A DNA stretch of 35,097 bases. It comes from Actinomycetota bacterium. Its GTDB lineage: Bacteria; Actinomycetota; Actinomycetes; S36-B12; UBA5976. Positions 15,526-24,692 of the stretch are shown here, piece by piece; position 1 is the stretch's first letter, and each line of letters starts with the position of its first letter. The notes under the pieces were generated by a model that ran no database searches, was not told the origin of the DNA, and saw nothing but the letters and a program-made list of their open reading frames with translations. The stretch covers positions 1 through 35,097 of the forward strand of contig JBDKLK010000001.1 in the NCBI GenBank assembly GCA_039795655.1, in the 5' to 3' direction. The position numbers and the translations under genes are program-made.

Positions 15526-16764
15526 TTAAGGGTATAGACCGCGTAGTCGATGAGCTTCGGCTACACGGTTTATGCCAATCATCAAAGCCGCATCTCGCCA
15601 AGTGACGTTTTGTTCTTTTGCGCGAGTTTCAACTTCGTTGATTGATCTAGTCATGATGTTCGAGAGATTTTCTTTCACTTCATCAGCTGACCAGAAGTAG
15701 TTTTGGTTGTCTTGTACCCATTCAAAGTAAGACACCACAACACCGCCAGCGTTTGCCAAAATGTCTGGCACAACAAGAACACCTTTGTCGTTTAGGACTT
15801 CATCTCCACCAGATGTGGTTGGGGCATTCGCTCCTTCTACAACTATCTTTGCTTTGATATTTGGTGCATTCACATCGGTGATTGCATCAGCTAGTGCTGC
15901 AGGAATTAAAACATCAACATCAAGCGCGAGAAGTTCTTCGTTAGACAGCATTTCTGTACCTGGTGCATTTAGGTTGCCATTTTCTTTGAAGTGGTCCCAA
16001 ACTTCAGCAACAGATTTGAATCCGGTCACACCGCCACCAACATCGCTAACAGCGACAATTTTTAAACCAAAGTTTTCAAGTGCTACTGCAGTCCAGTAAC
16101 CAACCTTTCCAAAACCTTGAATTGCAACGCGTGCATTCTGCGGATCAATACCACGTGATTTCAATGCTGCCATTGTTGAAATTGCAACACCATCACCAGT
16201 TGCAGAAGTTCTACCAAGCGAACCACCTAGAACAATAGGTTTGCCGGTCACAACACCTGGAACCGAAAAGCCTGCATTAACAGAATACGTATCCATCATC
16301 CAAGCCATGTTGCGTTCGTCAGTTCCCATATCTGGAGCAGGAATATCTTTTTCAGGTCCGATGATTGGCAAAATTTCTGATGTGTATCGACGAGTTAATC
16401 TTTCGTTCTCAGAAAGTGAAAGATTATGTGGATCAACAGCGATGCCACCTTTCGCTCCACCATATGGCAAATTTGTTAATGCGCATTTCCATGTCATCAA
16501 CATTGCTAGCGCAACAGTTTCATCCATATCAATAGCTGGGTGAAACCGCACACCACCTTTTGAAGGACCGCGAGTGGTCGAGTACTGAACGCGGAAACCT
16601 TTATAGATTTCAACATTGCCATTGTCGCGGCGAAGTGGAACCGCAACTTCAAGAATGCGGCGAGGGGTGGAAAGGGTTTGCCATTCGTTTTCTGGCAGTT
16701 TCAATAAATCAACCGTGCGACGTAATTGCGCACGGGCAGTATCAAGTGCTGACTCCGTTGTCAT
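15526..16764 (-). CDS. gdhA: Glutamate dehydrogenase (Glu/Leu/Phe/Val dehydrogenase family)
   Basis: Motifs KGGVRFHP, PYGGAKGGIAV and the dinucleotide fold AIQGFGKVGYW. I prefer the internal ATG at 16764 (MTTESALD..., 412 aa) over the ORF-track start at 16902, which would overlap the neighbouring gene and add a non-homologous extension. Confidence 0.85.
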   Translation of the reverse strand: MTTESALDTARAQLRRTVDLLKLPENEWQTLSTPRRILEVAVPLRRDNGNVEIYKGFRVQYSTTRGPSKGGVRFHPAIDMDETVALAMLMTWKCALTNLPYGGAKGGIAVDPHNLSLSENERLTRRYTSEILPIIGPEKDIPAPDMGTDERNMAWMMDTYSVNAGFSVPGVVTGKPIVLGGSLGRTSATGDGVAISTMAALKSRGIDPQNARVAIQGFGKVGYWTAVALENFGLKIVAVSDVGGGVTGFKSVAEVWDHFKENGNLNAPGTEMLSNEELLALDVDVLIPAALADAITDVNAPNIKAKIVVEGANAPTTSGGDEVLNDKGVLVVPDILANAGGVVVSYFEWVQDNQNYFWSADEVKENLSNIMTRSINEVETRAKEQNVTWRDAALMIGINRVAEAHRLRGLYP

Positions 16765-16837
16765 AACTTCAGCGTACGCCGATTGGAATAAAAGTAAAGA
16801 TTGAAACTGTGTGGGATTGTTAACTATTTGGTTAAGA

Positions 16838-17041
16838 CTATTTAGATTCGTCGGCCTTTTTGTTTTTGTCATAGGTGGTGACCATGGCGGTACCGAGAAC
16901 AAAAAGTAGAGCTGGGGAGTATGGGTAAAGCCAATCTGGCATGTTCAAACTGAACTTTTCGTAGATGTTGATTTGGAAGATCCAGTGGCAAGCCACATCA
17001 ATAAATCCAATGACGATAAGTACCAATCCAGCAATGCGCAT
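16838..17041 (-). CDS. Small two-helix membrane protein (hypothetical)
   Basis: Start ATG 17041 (MRIAGLVLIVIGFIDV...) is preceded by AGAGAGG SD with a 5-nt spacer. The longer 115-aa version from 17185 has no SD. It has two hydrophobic helices and no recognised family. Confidence 0.4.
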   Translation of the reverse strand: MRIAGLVLIVIGFIDVACHWIFQINIYEKFSLNMPDWLYPYSPALLFVLGTAMVTTYDKNKKADESK

Positions 17042-17201
17042 AATTACCTCTCTAACGACCCGACTAAGGATGCCATTTCGACTAATATTTCTGTGGACAA
17101 AATCAAGAAATTCCAAATTGTGAGCCTGATTTCTACTCACAAATGTCCGTTTTAGGGTGAATTTTGGGAACTTGGGACTAGTCATTTTCGGGGACCACGC
17201 C

Positions 17202-17207
17202 TAATTT
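17202..17207 (+). promoter_or_regulatory. Possible -10 hexamer TAATTT for a leaderless CHAP-gene transcript
   Basis: The TAnnnT hexamer ends 7 nt before the A of ATG 17215. No SD is present. Confidence 0.3.
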
Positions 17208-17214
17208 CCGCCTC

Positions 17215-17730
17215 ATGCGTTTGCACAAACTAGGCATCGGAGCCGTCGCATTCTTGGTCGCTATGACCTTTGGATTGATGACCACCGCACCAGTTCAAGC
17301 AAAAAACGATGTGCTCTGCAGATCTTGGAAATGGACCTGCGATGGCAAACTCGGTTACAACCCAAACCACTCTTATTGGCGGCAACTAACCGGTCACAAC
17401 TGCACAAACTATGTGGCCTTTCGCTTGATTCGCGATGGAGCTCCAAAGAAGTTCGGACCTTTCGGTGGCAACGCGCAGGTTTGGGATGACTACTTCAAAC
17501 GTCGTGGATTTAAGGTGAACCACAAACCAGCCGTTGGTGCGATTGCGCATTGGAATGGCTGGGAGTTTGGTTCAGGTTCAGGACACGTTGCATACGTAGA
17601 CAAGGTTGGCGAGAACTACATCATCATCGACGAAGACGCTTGGGGCGGACTGAATTATCGACGTAAGATTTTTATGAAGGATTCAAAATGGCCAGGCCGC
17701 TTTATTCATATGGAAAAGAAAAAGTCTTAA
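17215..17730 (+). CDS. Secreted CHAP-domain amidase/peptidase (cell-wall hydrolase-like)
   Basis: Signal peptide MRLHKLGIGAVAFLVAMTFGLMTTAPVQA. CHAP catalytic Cys context GHNCTNYVAFRL and His context GSGHVAYVD. Confidence 0.75.
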   Translation: MRLHKLGIGAVAFLVAMTFGLMTTAPVQAKNDVLCRSWKWTCDGKLGYNPNHSYWRQLTGHNCTNYVAFRLIRDGAPKKFGPFGGNAQVWDDYFKRRGFKVNHKPAVGAIAHWNGWEFGSGSGHVAYVDKVGENYIIIDEDAWGGLNYRRKIFMKDSKWPGRFIHMEKKKS

Positions 17731-19925
17731 GCGATCTGTTCAAGGAAAATAAACCTTGAATCACCATCTTCCTCAATACGTATTTCTAGTTTTTCATTCG
17801 TGTAAGTTTTAAGTTCAGTGAAGTCGCATCGTTTTGCCGTAGAAGCAGATACTTTCAAAACCAAGATACTAGATTCAGAATTCGACAACACTTGAATTGA
17901 CGATTTTGAATCTTTGCTCGCACTAGCAATTTTCTTGAGCTCGTCAAGTAGGTCTTCAGGTATGTCTATTAATACACCTTGGTCGCGCACTGCTAAGACT
18001 TTTACAAAGACGTCATTATTAACAGCATCTTTGACGATACTTAAAGCTGCCTTTGAGAAACCGCCCGAAGTTTTGGGGTCAACCTGAATGATTGCTCGAA
18101 TCAAACTATCGAGTCTTTTAAGTTTCTGTTTATTTTCAGCCGAAACTGATTCTTTCCTCGCAACTTCCTGGAGCGTCTTTGTTGCTTCAGAGATTGCCGA
18201 ATCAAGTTCCTTTGCTAGATCTTCGACTGCCAATGCTGCAGCGTTCTCTCGTATTTCAAGATCACTTAAGTCCTGAGAATTCTGCAAACGCTTTGCGCTG
18301 TTTTTGTTGCCGTACCAAACTATCATCGCGAATATTGGAATACCAAAGCCAGTGTTTACAGAAGCAATTGCCGAACCGGACGTATCTTGCACAATCTGTG
18401 ATCTAAAAAGAACCAATCCAATTAACCACAGACCTGAGGCAAGGAACCAAAATTTAACTTTTGCCCATACAGAAATGGAAACAAGGGCAAAACCAGTGAG
18501 CACGCTGACCATCGCCAGCACATCAAGAGATGAAGTTTCAGAAATGGAAAGATTTACAGATATAACAACTGCCAAACTCAATACTGTTGAGATAGCTAGA
18601 AACAAATAGCCCAATTGCTGTTTTCGCCAATTTGCCAATGCCGCGAGTGCAGTTAACAAAACTGCACTTATGCCAGCCCACTTTTCGGATGTTATGTTTG
18701 AGTTAACAATTGAAAGTGGAATCAATACACCACCTACAGCATTTCCCACTGCCATAGTCGAGACGAGAACACGACTTACATCCACGGAACTCAAACTGCG
18801 ATTTTCAAAAATCCGTTTGTTTAGAGTTATTGATATTTCCGCGCCATTTAGTCGACGAAAAAGTTTCCCATCAATTTCGTTTAGCGACTCTTTTATAACA
18901 ACGCCTTGTCCTATCCCAGACTCAAATTCATTTGTGGAGTCCCTTCCGTTGTGGAAGATTTCTATTCGAAGAGTCCCGTAAAGCAAGGACGCCTTGGATG
19001 AGATCTTTGTAGCTCCAGCATGACGTTCAAAATTTCGACAAATTTCGACAATCACCGCTCGTAGTGCTGAACTCAAGTACTGCGGGATTTCCGTGCCAGC
19101 CCCACTGATATTCAAATCAATTTCAATTGCAACTGAATCTTGCACCTGCGCCATAAGGTCAGAGAAATTGTGAGTACTTGTATCGAGTGGCTTAGCGTTT
19201 CGTTTTCTTGTTTTTATCTGCTGACCTAATAATTCGAAATCAACATTTTTAGAGTCCAAAACTGAACGAATGTCATTTAGAACGGTTTCATGTGTGTGGA
19301 CCAAAAGTTCTCGCCATTTGCGAGTTCTCTCCTGAAGTTGAATCGCAGAATCTCGGCTTTCAGACATTCGACGATTCAAGATATCTCGTGCACGCACTAA
19401 TTCCAGAAGTGGAAACCAGTTACGCAATACCAATGTGCAAACAACGAGAAGTTGCATAATCGAAAAAGTTCTAATTGGTAGTTCGAAGCCAAAGAATTCA
19501 GTGGGAATCCCAACAGCCAGGACAGTCACACCAAGAAAAACTGTGTTTAATGCAATCCAGCCAAAAATCCATTTACGGGGAAGGCTGAGTATTCCAGCAA
19601 TCGCAGATAAGAATATTGCAGTAGAAGCTGTAGCTTTCAAGTCTGGATTGTCACCAAATGCCACAATGGTGAAACTCGAATTTAGCATTGCAAGTAATGC
19701 TAGTAACGTTGCATATCTTGATTTATTAAAGAAAAGTGCCGCGAAAATAAGTAGAAATGAAATTACTACAAATACCAATATCGCTGGAGTTTCAGATTTC
19801 ACGTAGTAAATAAATATGAGGTTGTAATTCAAAACATAGTAGAGCGCAATTCCAATAGTTGATAGTTTGACACCATTACGCAGCATCGCCATCTCAGGCG
19901 TATCTAGATACTTGAATTCTTTCAA
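17727..19925 (-). CDS. Atypical membrane histidine-kinase-like sensor (HisKA_3-type H-box, divergent ATP-binding domain, two multi-TM blocks)
   Basis: 732-aa ORF overlapping the response-regulator gene by 4 nt. H-box-like WRELLVHTHETVLNDIRS (aa ~205-222). N-box-like EICRNFERHAG. The G1 region reads IFHNGRD rather than DxGxG, followed by GIGQGV. There are about 6 TM helices before (aa 20-170) and about 6 after (aa 385-540) this core, then a coiled coil and a 120-aa C-terminal domain. Confidence 0.6.
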   Translation of the reverse strand: MKEFKYLDTPEMAMLRNGVKLSTIGIALYYVLNYNLIFIYYVKSETPAILVFVVISFLLIFAALFFNKSRYATLLALLAMLNSSFTIVAFGDNPDLKATASTAIFLSAIAGILSLPRKWIFGWIALNTVFLGVTVLAVGIPTEFFGFELPIRTFSIMQLLVVCTLVLRNWFPLLELVRARDILNRRMSESRDSAIQLQERTRKWRELLVHTHETVLNDIRSVLDSKNVDFELLGQQIKTRKRNAKPLDTSTHNFSDLMAQVQDSVAIEIDLNISGAGTEIPQYLSSALRAVIVEICRNFERHAGATKISSKASLLYGTLRIEIFHNGRDSTNEFESGIGQGVVIKESLNEIDGKLFRRLNGAEISITLNKRIFENRSLSSVDVSRVLVSTMAVGNAVGGVLIPLSIVNSNITSEKWAGISAVLLTALAALANWRKQQLGYLFLAISTVLSLAVVISVNLSISETSSLDVLAMVSVLTGFALVSISVWAKVKFWFLASGLWLIGLVLFRSQIVQDTSGSAIASVNTGFGIPIFAMIVWYGNKNSAKRLQNSQDLSDLEIRENAAALAVEDLAKELDSAISEATKTLQEVARKESVSAENKQKLKRLDSLIRAIIQVDPKTSGGFSKAALSIVKDAVNNDVFVKVLAVRDQGVLIDIPEDLLDELKKIASASKDSKSSIQVLSNSESSILVLKVSASTAKRCDFTELKTYTNEKLEIRIEEDGDSRFIFLEQIA

Positions 19926-20560
19926 GGCAATAAGCCTTCTTGAACCGCCTGCTTGTAGAGATCAGTCTTTGTTGAGACAGGATTACCGGCTTTGGAATAT
20001 TTTTCACGAACACGTTTTATGTATTCACTTGCGGTTCCAGGCTTAACATTCATTTTTCGAGCTACGGCTTCGAGTTTCAGTCCAGATGCGTAAAGCACCA
20101 TCGCTTCACGTTCGCGCTCTGAAAGATTAACTGACAATTCATCCTTAAAAAGAATGGCGGCTAAGTCCCGTGATGTTGATTGTTTACCTTCAAGAGTTGC
20201 TTCAACGCACTCCAAAAATTCATCGAGTTCAGCTTGTTTGGAAACAAATCCCAAAGCACCCGCAATAAGCGAACTTCGAACCACTCCAGCATCCGCAAGT
20301 GCACTAACAATCAGTACTGGAATCTCTGCTTCGACCAGATCAATTGTGTTTTGAATTGGAGACCTACCATCACCCAAATCCAAATCGAGAACGACACAAT
20401 TGGGTTTATTAGTCTTAAAAGTCTCTAGTGCATCCGCGATGGATTGACCCTGGTAGGCAAAAGTTGCGCCAGGAAAGTTTTCAGACAGGCGACCGACTAG
20501 TGCGGTTCGCACAATCGGGTGGTCCTCTATTACTGCAAAAACCGGGGGATTTTTCTGCAC
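19922..20560 (-). CDS. NarL/FixJ (LuxR-type HTH) response regulator
   Basis: Receiver residues are present (IEDHP, VVLDLDLGD, LIVSA, GFVSK). The C-terminal LuxR HTH reads LSEREREAMVLYASGLKLEAVARKMNVKPGTASEYIKRVREKY. Confidence 0.85.
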   Translation of the reverse strand: MQKNPPVFAVIEDHPIVRTALVGRLSENFPGATFAYQGQSIADALETFKTNKPNCVVLDLDLGDGRSPIQNTIDLVEAEIPVLIVSALADAGVVRSSLIAGALGFVSKQAELDEFLECVEATLEGKQSTSRDLAAILFKDELSVNLSEREREAMVLYASGLKLEAVARKMNVKPGTASEYIKRVREKYSKAGNPVSTKTDLYKQAVQEGLLP

Positions 20561-20626
20561 AGAATTAGCCTAGAAGTTAATTTAGGCTGAAAGACTTTTT
20601 ATTGTCTCCTATTCATGGACGCGAGG

Positions 20627-21208
20627 TCACTGAACCGATTCCAGCCAGAGATCTGCCATGAGTTTGTGTCCTAATACAGAAGGATGAATTCCGTCATCTG
20701 CAAGTTCTTCGATGGTTTGCTGACCAATCAATCCATTTAGGTAAGCGTCGAATGGCACCAATTTTGCACCGTATTTCTTAGCCATGCGATGAACAACATC
20801 AATCTTTGGATCAAGGTCTTCGCGCCATGTTTCCATTTCTGGTTTTACATGAAGCAAGAATGGTTCACACAAAACAAACTGTGGATTGCATGCAGCTTTT
20901 GTTTTCGCTAGAACTTCATCGTAGTTCTTTTCAAAGTCTTCAACACTTGTTGGATCGTTGTCGTCGTAACGACGCCATGTGTCGTTGATACCAATTGCGA
21001 TTGAAACTAAAGATGGATTGTGCGCCAACACATCTTCATCCCAACGTGCGATCAAATCGACTAGGCGATGACCGCTTGTGCCAACGTTGATAATTTCACC
21101 TGAAAGGCGACCACTATTTGCGATGTCGCGAACATAACCATCACCGTATGGAGGCAAATTCAATCTGCCGCAATCTGTAACACTGTCTCCAATAAATACT
21201 GTTGTCAT
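20627..21208 (-). CDS. SGNH/GDSL-family hydrolase (cytoplasmic, no signal peptide)
   Basis: Block I VFIGDSVTD, block III IGINDTW, block V DDGIHPS. Confidence 0.8.
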   Translation of the reverse strand: MTTVFIGDSVTDCGRLNLPPYGDGYVRDIANSGRLSGEIINVGTSGHRLVDLIARWDEDVLAHNPSLVSIAIGINDTWRRYDDNDPTSVEDFEKNYDEVLAKTKAACNPQFVLCEPFLLHVKPEMETWREDLDPKIDVVHRMAKKYGAKLVPFDAYLNGLIGQQTIEELADDGIHPSVLGHKLMADLWLESVQ

Positions 21209-21215
21209 AATCTTC

Positions 21216-22217
21216 CTATTCTGGAATCGGTGCTGTTGCAGACCATGCTGGTCCCAACTCTAAGCGGTGTGAATTTACTTTTGTGTTGAATGCATCCATG
21301 TTGTAAACCGTTTTTGTTTCGCGATCAATAACCATCAAGTTATAGCCACCTTTGTATACACCCTTCCAAGGGATAGGACAGCCAGATACAAGGAAAACAA
21401 AGCGTTTTGCGGCTTTATATGGATATGGATCAGAGTTATCGCAATAGTTCCACATGAACTTAAACGGCTTCGGTGCATCACCGTTGTAGTAACCCATCAT
21501 TAGTCGATCGTGACGTGTTGCTTGGACCTCGGTGAACAAGAAGCGATTGCTATCGACATTGATTGGGTAATAAGCAGAAGTTAGTTTCTTCTTCCAAAGT
21601 TTTGATTCAGTGCCATCAGAAGTTCGTTTCCATATTGAACCTTCGCGTTCAAAAATCAAGCTGAGACCATCGCTGGTGAAATAAGGCATTGAAGATTCTG
21701 GTTTGCCAACTGTTAGATATTGTTTTTCTGTTCCATCAATCTCGATTGTTGCAAGAACACCATTCTCTTTGTAAGTAATGGTGTGACCATTTGGTGAAAA
21801 CTTCGGATCTTCATCACGTTTGTCGTTTGGACCTGTGAGATTAATTGGGTCTGCCCATTTAGTTCCATCCCAATGTGTGACAAAAACATCCCATTCACTT
21901 TCAACCAACCCTGTTTGCGTGCCCATAAAGGTCAGCGCTGTTCCGTCAGCGTTTGGATGGAAGTTAAGTGGTGATTTGGCCGAGGTCCAGGCAGTATCTA
22001 TGCGTACAAGTCGACCAGTAGCGAGATCTAGCTCAAAACCTTTTGATGCCCAATCGCCGTATTCGGTGTAGCGGTGGTAGAACAACTTGCCAGTGAGACC
22101 CAAAGCAGCCACTTTTGGGGCCACACGAGGGGTGATTGCCGGGGCTGAAGCCGGCACAATTGTGAGTAAAACCGCGGATATGGCTAAAACTGATAACAAC
22201 TTGATTTCGTTACGCAT
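21216..22217 (-). CDS. Secreted PD40/TolB-like beta-propeller protein
   Basis: Start ATG 22217 (MRNEIKLLSVLAISAVLLTIVPASAPA signal peptide) follows an AAGGTG SD. PD40-like blades (FHPNADGTALTFMG, KFSPNGHTITYKENG, YFTSDGLSLIFERE). The longer ORF-track start at 22310 would run through the promoter region. Confidence 0.6.
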   Translation of the reverse strand: MRNEIKLLSVLAISAVLLTIVPASAPAITPRVAPKVAALGLTGKLFYHRYTEYGDWASKGFELDLATGRLVRIDTAWTSAKSPLNFHPNADGTALTFMGTQTGLVESEWDVFVTHWDGTKWADPINLTGPNDKRDEDPKFSPNGHTITYKENGVLATIEIDGTEKQYLTVGKPESSMPYFTSDGLSLIFEREGSIWKRTSDGTESKLWKKKLTSAYYPINVDSNRFLFTEVQATRHDRLMMGYYNGDAPKPFKFMWNYCDNSDPYPYKAAKRFVFLVSGCPIPWKGVYKGGYNLMVIDRETKTVYNMDAFNTKVNSHRLELGPAWSATAPIPE

Positions 22218-22235
22218 ATTTCGCACCTTTGAGCC

Positions 22236-22263
22236 TTGACACGACTTTTTCATCGTGTAAGTT
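22236..22263 (+). promoter_or_regulatory. Sigma-70/HrdB-like promoter of the sugar ABC operon
   Basis: Perfect -35 TTGACA (22236-22241), a 16-nt spacer, and -10 TAAGTT (22258-22263, TAnnnT). Confidence 0.45.
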
Positions 22264-22289
22264 ACCCTAACACAAGCCAGTAGGGTAAC
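22261..22289. promoter_or_regulatory. Perfect 9-bp inverted repeat GTTACCCTA-n11-TAGGGTAAC overlapping the -10/+1 region, a candidate operator
   Basis: Read directly: 22261-22269 and 22281-22289 are exact reverse complements. No T run follows on either strand, so it is unlikely to be a terminator. Confidence 0.5.
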
Positions 22290-22337
22290 GAATTCAATTG
22301 GTCTAACCAAGAGCCTACTTGCTGGAGAGAGGAATAA

Positions 22338-23705
22338 ATGAAGAAAAAGAGTCTTCTAGCCGGTCTCGTAGCAAGCGCAATGCTTGCAACCGGTTTGATT
22401 AGCGCAAACGTTGCATCTGCAGCTAACCGCGAAATCACAGTATGGGTTCCAAGCACCCGTGCATGGCAACTAAATCAGTTCAACCAAGCTGCTTCACGTA
22501 TTGAACAAAAGCACCCAGGTTTGACCGTGACCATCGTTGGTGGTCAAGACATGGAAACCTCACTTGCAGCTATTAACGCAGGTAATGGTCCTGACATTTC
22601 TATGGCAAACGGTTCAGGTAACACTGGTTGGTTCTGTGGAACTGGCGCATGGAAAAACTTGAACAAGCAAATCAACGGTGCAAACGGTTTGGATCTAGAA
22701 AAAACCTTTAGCGCTGCATCTTTGAACGGTATCGTTTCAAAGGGCAATCACTGTGCATTGCCATTCAGCTCTGAAATCTTCGGTTTCTTCTACAACAAAG
22801 ATCTTTTCAAAGAAGCTGGAATCAAGAAAGCTCCTGAAACCATCAGCCAACTAACTGCAGCTGCAAAGAAGCTAACTGTTATCCGTAACGGTCGCATCAT
22901 CACTGCTGGTTACATTCCTTGGAATGGTTACATGGACAACGATATGACAGCTTTGTTCTTGGCTATGCAATTCGGTGCAGATTGGTTTACTGCTAACAAC
23001 AAAGCAGCATTCTCATCTGATCCAGCATGGGCAAAAGCATTCAACTGGCAACATGACTTCATTGCAGATGTTTACGGTGGCGGCAACTTCCAAAAGGGCA
23101 GCACTCGTATCCAGGCTTTCATTGCACAAGCTGGTGCATGGTGGTCATCTGACAACGACTTCAACACAGGTCGTCTAGCAATGCTTACACATGCTGACTG
23201 GTTGGGTTCATTGTTCTGTAACCCAGACTGGGATCCATTCAATTGCAACAACCCAGACGTTAACTTCGGCGCAGCTCCAATGCCAGTTGATGACAAGATC
23301 CATGATGAGCAATACGGTGCAGGCATCGTTAGCTCTAACAACATGGGTATTTCTCGTGGAACTGACAACTTCCGTGATGCATGGACAGTTCTAAAGGAAT
23401 TCACAACTGACGTTAAGTTGGCTCGCAACTGGGCAAACGCATACGGCGATCCTTCACACTTGAACGCAGCTCGTGGAGTTGACTCAGGTGTAAACATTCC
23501 AACATGGTTGAAGCCTTTCTTCCGTATTTCTAACCACAAGGGTTCTGGCTACCACAAGTTGCTAAACACTGGTGAACACGAAGAAATCACAGCCGTCAAC
23601 GATCTGTTTGCTGCATGGCAAGCAGGCGGCCTAACAAATCTCAAGGCCGGTCTAAAGGGAATCACCAAAGACATCAATGAGTTGTTGGCGAGAAATTACA
23701 GCTAA
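22338..23705 (+). CDS. Extracellular solute-binding protein of a carbohydrate ABC importer (family 1, NgcE/chitobiose-type by context)
   Basis: GGAGAGAGG SD. 455-aa ORF with signal peptide MKKKSLLAGLVASAMLATGLISANVASAA and no lipobox Cys. It is followed directly by two MalF/MalG-type permease genes. Confidence 0.8.
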   Translation: MKKKSLLAGLVASAMLATGLISANVASAANREITVWVPSTRAWQLNQFNQAASRIEQKHPGLTVTIVGGQDMETSLAAINAGNGPDISMANGSGNTGWFCGTGAWKNLNKQINGANGLDLEKTFSAASLNGIVSKGNHCALPFSSEIFGFFYNKDLFKEAGIKKAPETISQLTAAAKKLTVIRNGRIITAGYIPWNGYMDNDMTALFLAMQFGADWFTANNKAAFSSDPAWAKAFNWQHDFIADVYGGGNFQKGSTRIQAFIAQAGAWWSSDNDFNTGRLAMLTHADWLGSLFCNPDWDPFNCNNPDVNFGAAPMPVDDKIHDEQYGAGIVSSNNMGISRGTDNFRDAWTVLKEFTTDVKLARNWANAYGDPSHLNAARGVDSGVNIPTWLKPFFRISNHKGSGYHKLLNTGEHEEITAVNDLFAAWQAGGLTNLKAGLKGITKDINELLARNYS

Positions 23706-23708
23706 GTA

Positions 23709-24692
23709 ATGTCTCTTCTTTCAGGTAAGGCAGTTCGCCCCTCGCTTAAGCGAGGGGCGACTGCTCCCAAACCAAAGCATGGGGTGAAAACTCCAGGCTT
23801 TTTTATTTTCATGTGCATGCTTCCTTGGACTTTAGGCTTCCTTCTATTTACCGCTTATCCAATGATTGCAAGCTTTTATCAATCATTCACTCGTTGGGAC
23901 ATGGTTAATCCACCTCGTTGGATTGGTCTCGCCAACTACAACCGTATGTTTTATGAAGATGAACTCTTCTGGCATGCATTCAAGAACACTATGTGGATTT
24001 CAGCTACGAGTATTCCAATTCGTATCGCTTTCGCGATGTTTAGTGCCTGGCTGCTAACTAAAGCCGGCAAAACTCGCAACATCTACCGCACTGTCTACTT
24101 CTTGCCTTCAATGGTTCCAGTAGTAGCAAGTACATTGATCTTTGCTTGGCTATTCCAGCCATACTTCGGCATTATCAATATGTTCTTACAAAAACTTCAC
24201 TTGTCTAAGAAATATGACCCAATCATGTGGCTTGATGATCCAAACCTTTCTAAATGGGCTTTGATCATTCTCGGTCTATGGGGTATCGGCGACACCATGA
24301 TTATTTTCTTGGCTGGTTTGCTCGACATCGACAAGTCACTATACGAAGCGGCCAGTTTGGAAGGCGCAAATGCATTCCAACAATTCCGCTACGTAACACT
24401 TCCATTGATGACCCCAGTTATTTTCTTCTCAGCTGTAACTGGTGTGATTGGTAGCTTCCAGTACTTCACGCAGGCATACATTGCCACCGGTCTGACGATT
24501 AATGGTGACTACACGAGGTCGATGTACTTCTACGCGACACATATTTACGAAACCGCTTTCCAACAATATGACATGGGTTATGCAGCTGCGTTGTCTTGGT
24601 TCTTGTTGTTCATCACTTTGATTGCAACAGTAATTATGTTGGTAACCCAAAAGCGTTGGGTTCACTATCCGAATGGATCGATGTTTAAATGA
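23709..24692 (+). CDS. Carbohydrate ABC transporter permease (MalF-like)
   Basis: Six hydrophobic helices and the EAA loop YEAASLEGANAFQQFRYVTLPLM. It starts 3 nt after the SBP stop. Confidence 0.85.
   Translation: MSLLSGKAVRPSLKRGATAPKPKHGVKTPGFFIFMCMLPWTLGFLLFTAYPMIASFYQSFTRWDMVNPPRWIGLANYNRMFYEDELFWHAFKNTMWISATSIPIRIAFAMFSAWLLTKAGKTRNIYRTVYFLPSMVPVVASTLIFAWLFQPYFGIINMFLQKLHLSKKYDPIMWLDDPNLSKWALIILGLWGIGDTMIIFLAGLLDIDKSLYEAASLEGANAFQQFRYVTLPLMTPVIFFSAVTGVIGSFQYFTQAYIATGLTINGDYTRSMYFYATHIYETAFQQYDMGYAAALSWFLLFITLIATVIMLVTQKRWVHYPNGSMFK

Noticed and set aside
16765-16902. 46-aa N-terminal extension of glutamate dehydrogenase
   Set aside because: The extension (MFSVPPWSPPMTKTKRPTNLNS...) is not GDH-like and would overlap the neighbouring small gene. 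The internal ATG at 16764 gives a normal ~412-aa enzyme.
17042-17214. Possible c-di-AMP (ydaO-type) riboswitch upstream of the CHAP cell-wall hydrolase gene
   Set aside because: Only two short resemblances (GGGTGAAT at ~17154 and CGGGGACCAC at ~17189) are present, and they occur in the wrong order. The conserved 3' segment (ACCCGAAUCCG..CAGCUAACCUCGUAAGC-like) is absent. The gene looks leaderless, with -10 TAATTT 7 nt from the ATG.
20561-20626. Hairpin AGCCTA-n10-TAGGCT between the SGNH gene and the response-regulator gene as a terminator
   Set aside because: The stem is only 6 bp and AT-rich, and the T run lies on the plus strand while both flanking genes are on the minus strand. It is more likely fortuitous, or part of the promoter region of the two-component operon.
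22298-22310. DasR (GntR/HutC) dre operator
   Set aside because: TTGGTCTAACCAA matches only one dre half-site well and is one base shorter than the 16-nt consensus as I remember it. No GntR-family gene is in the window. I keep it only as a note within the promoter finding.
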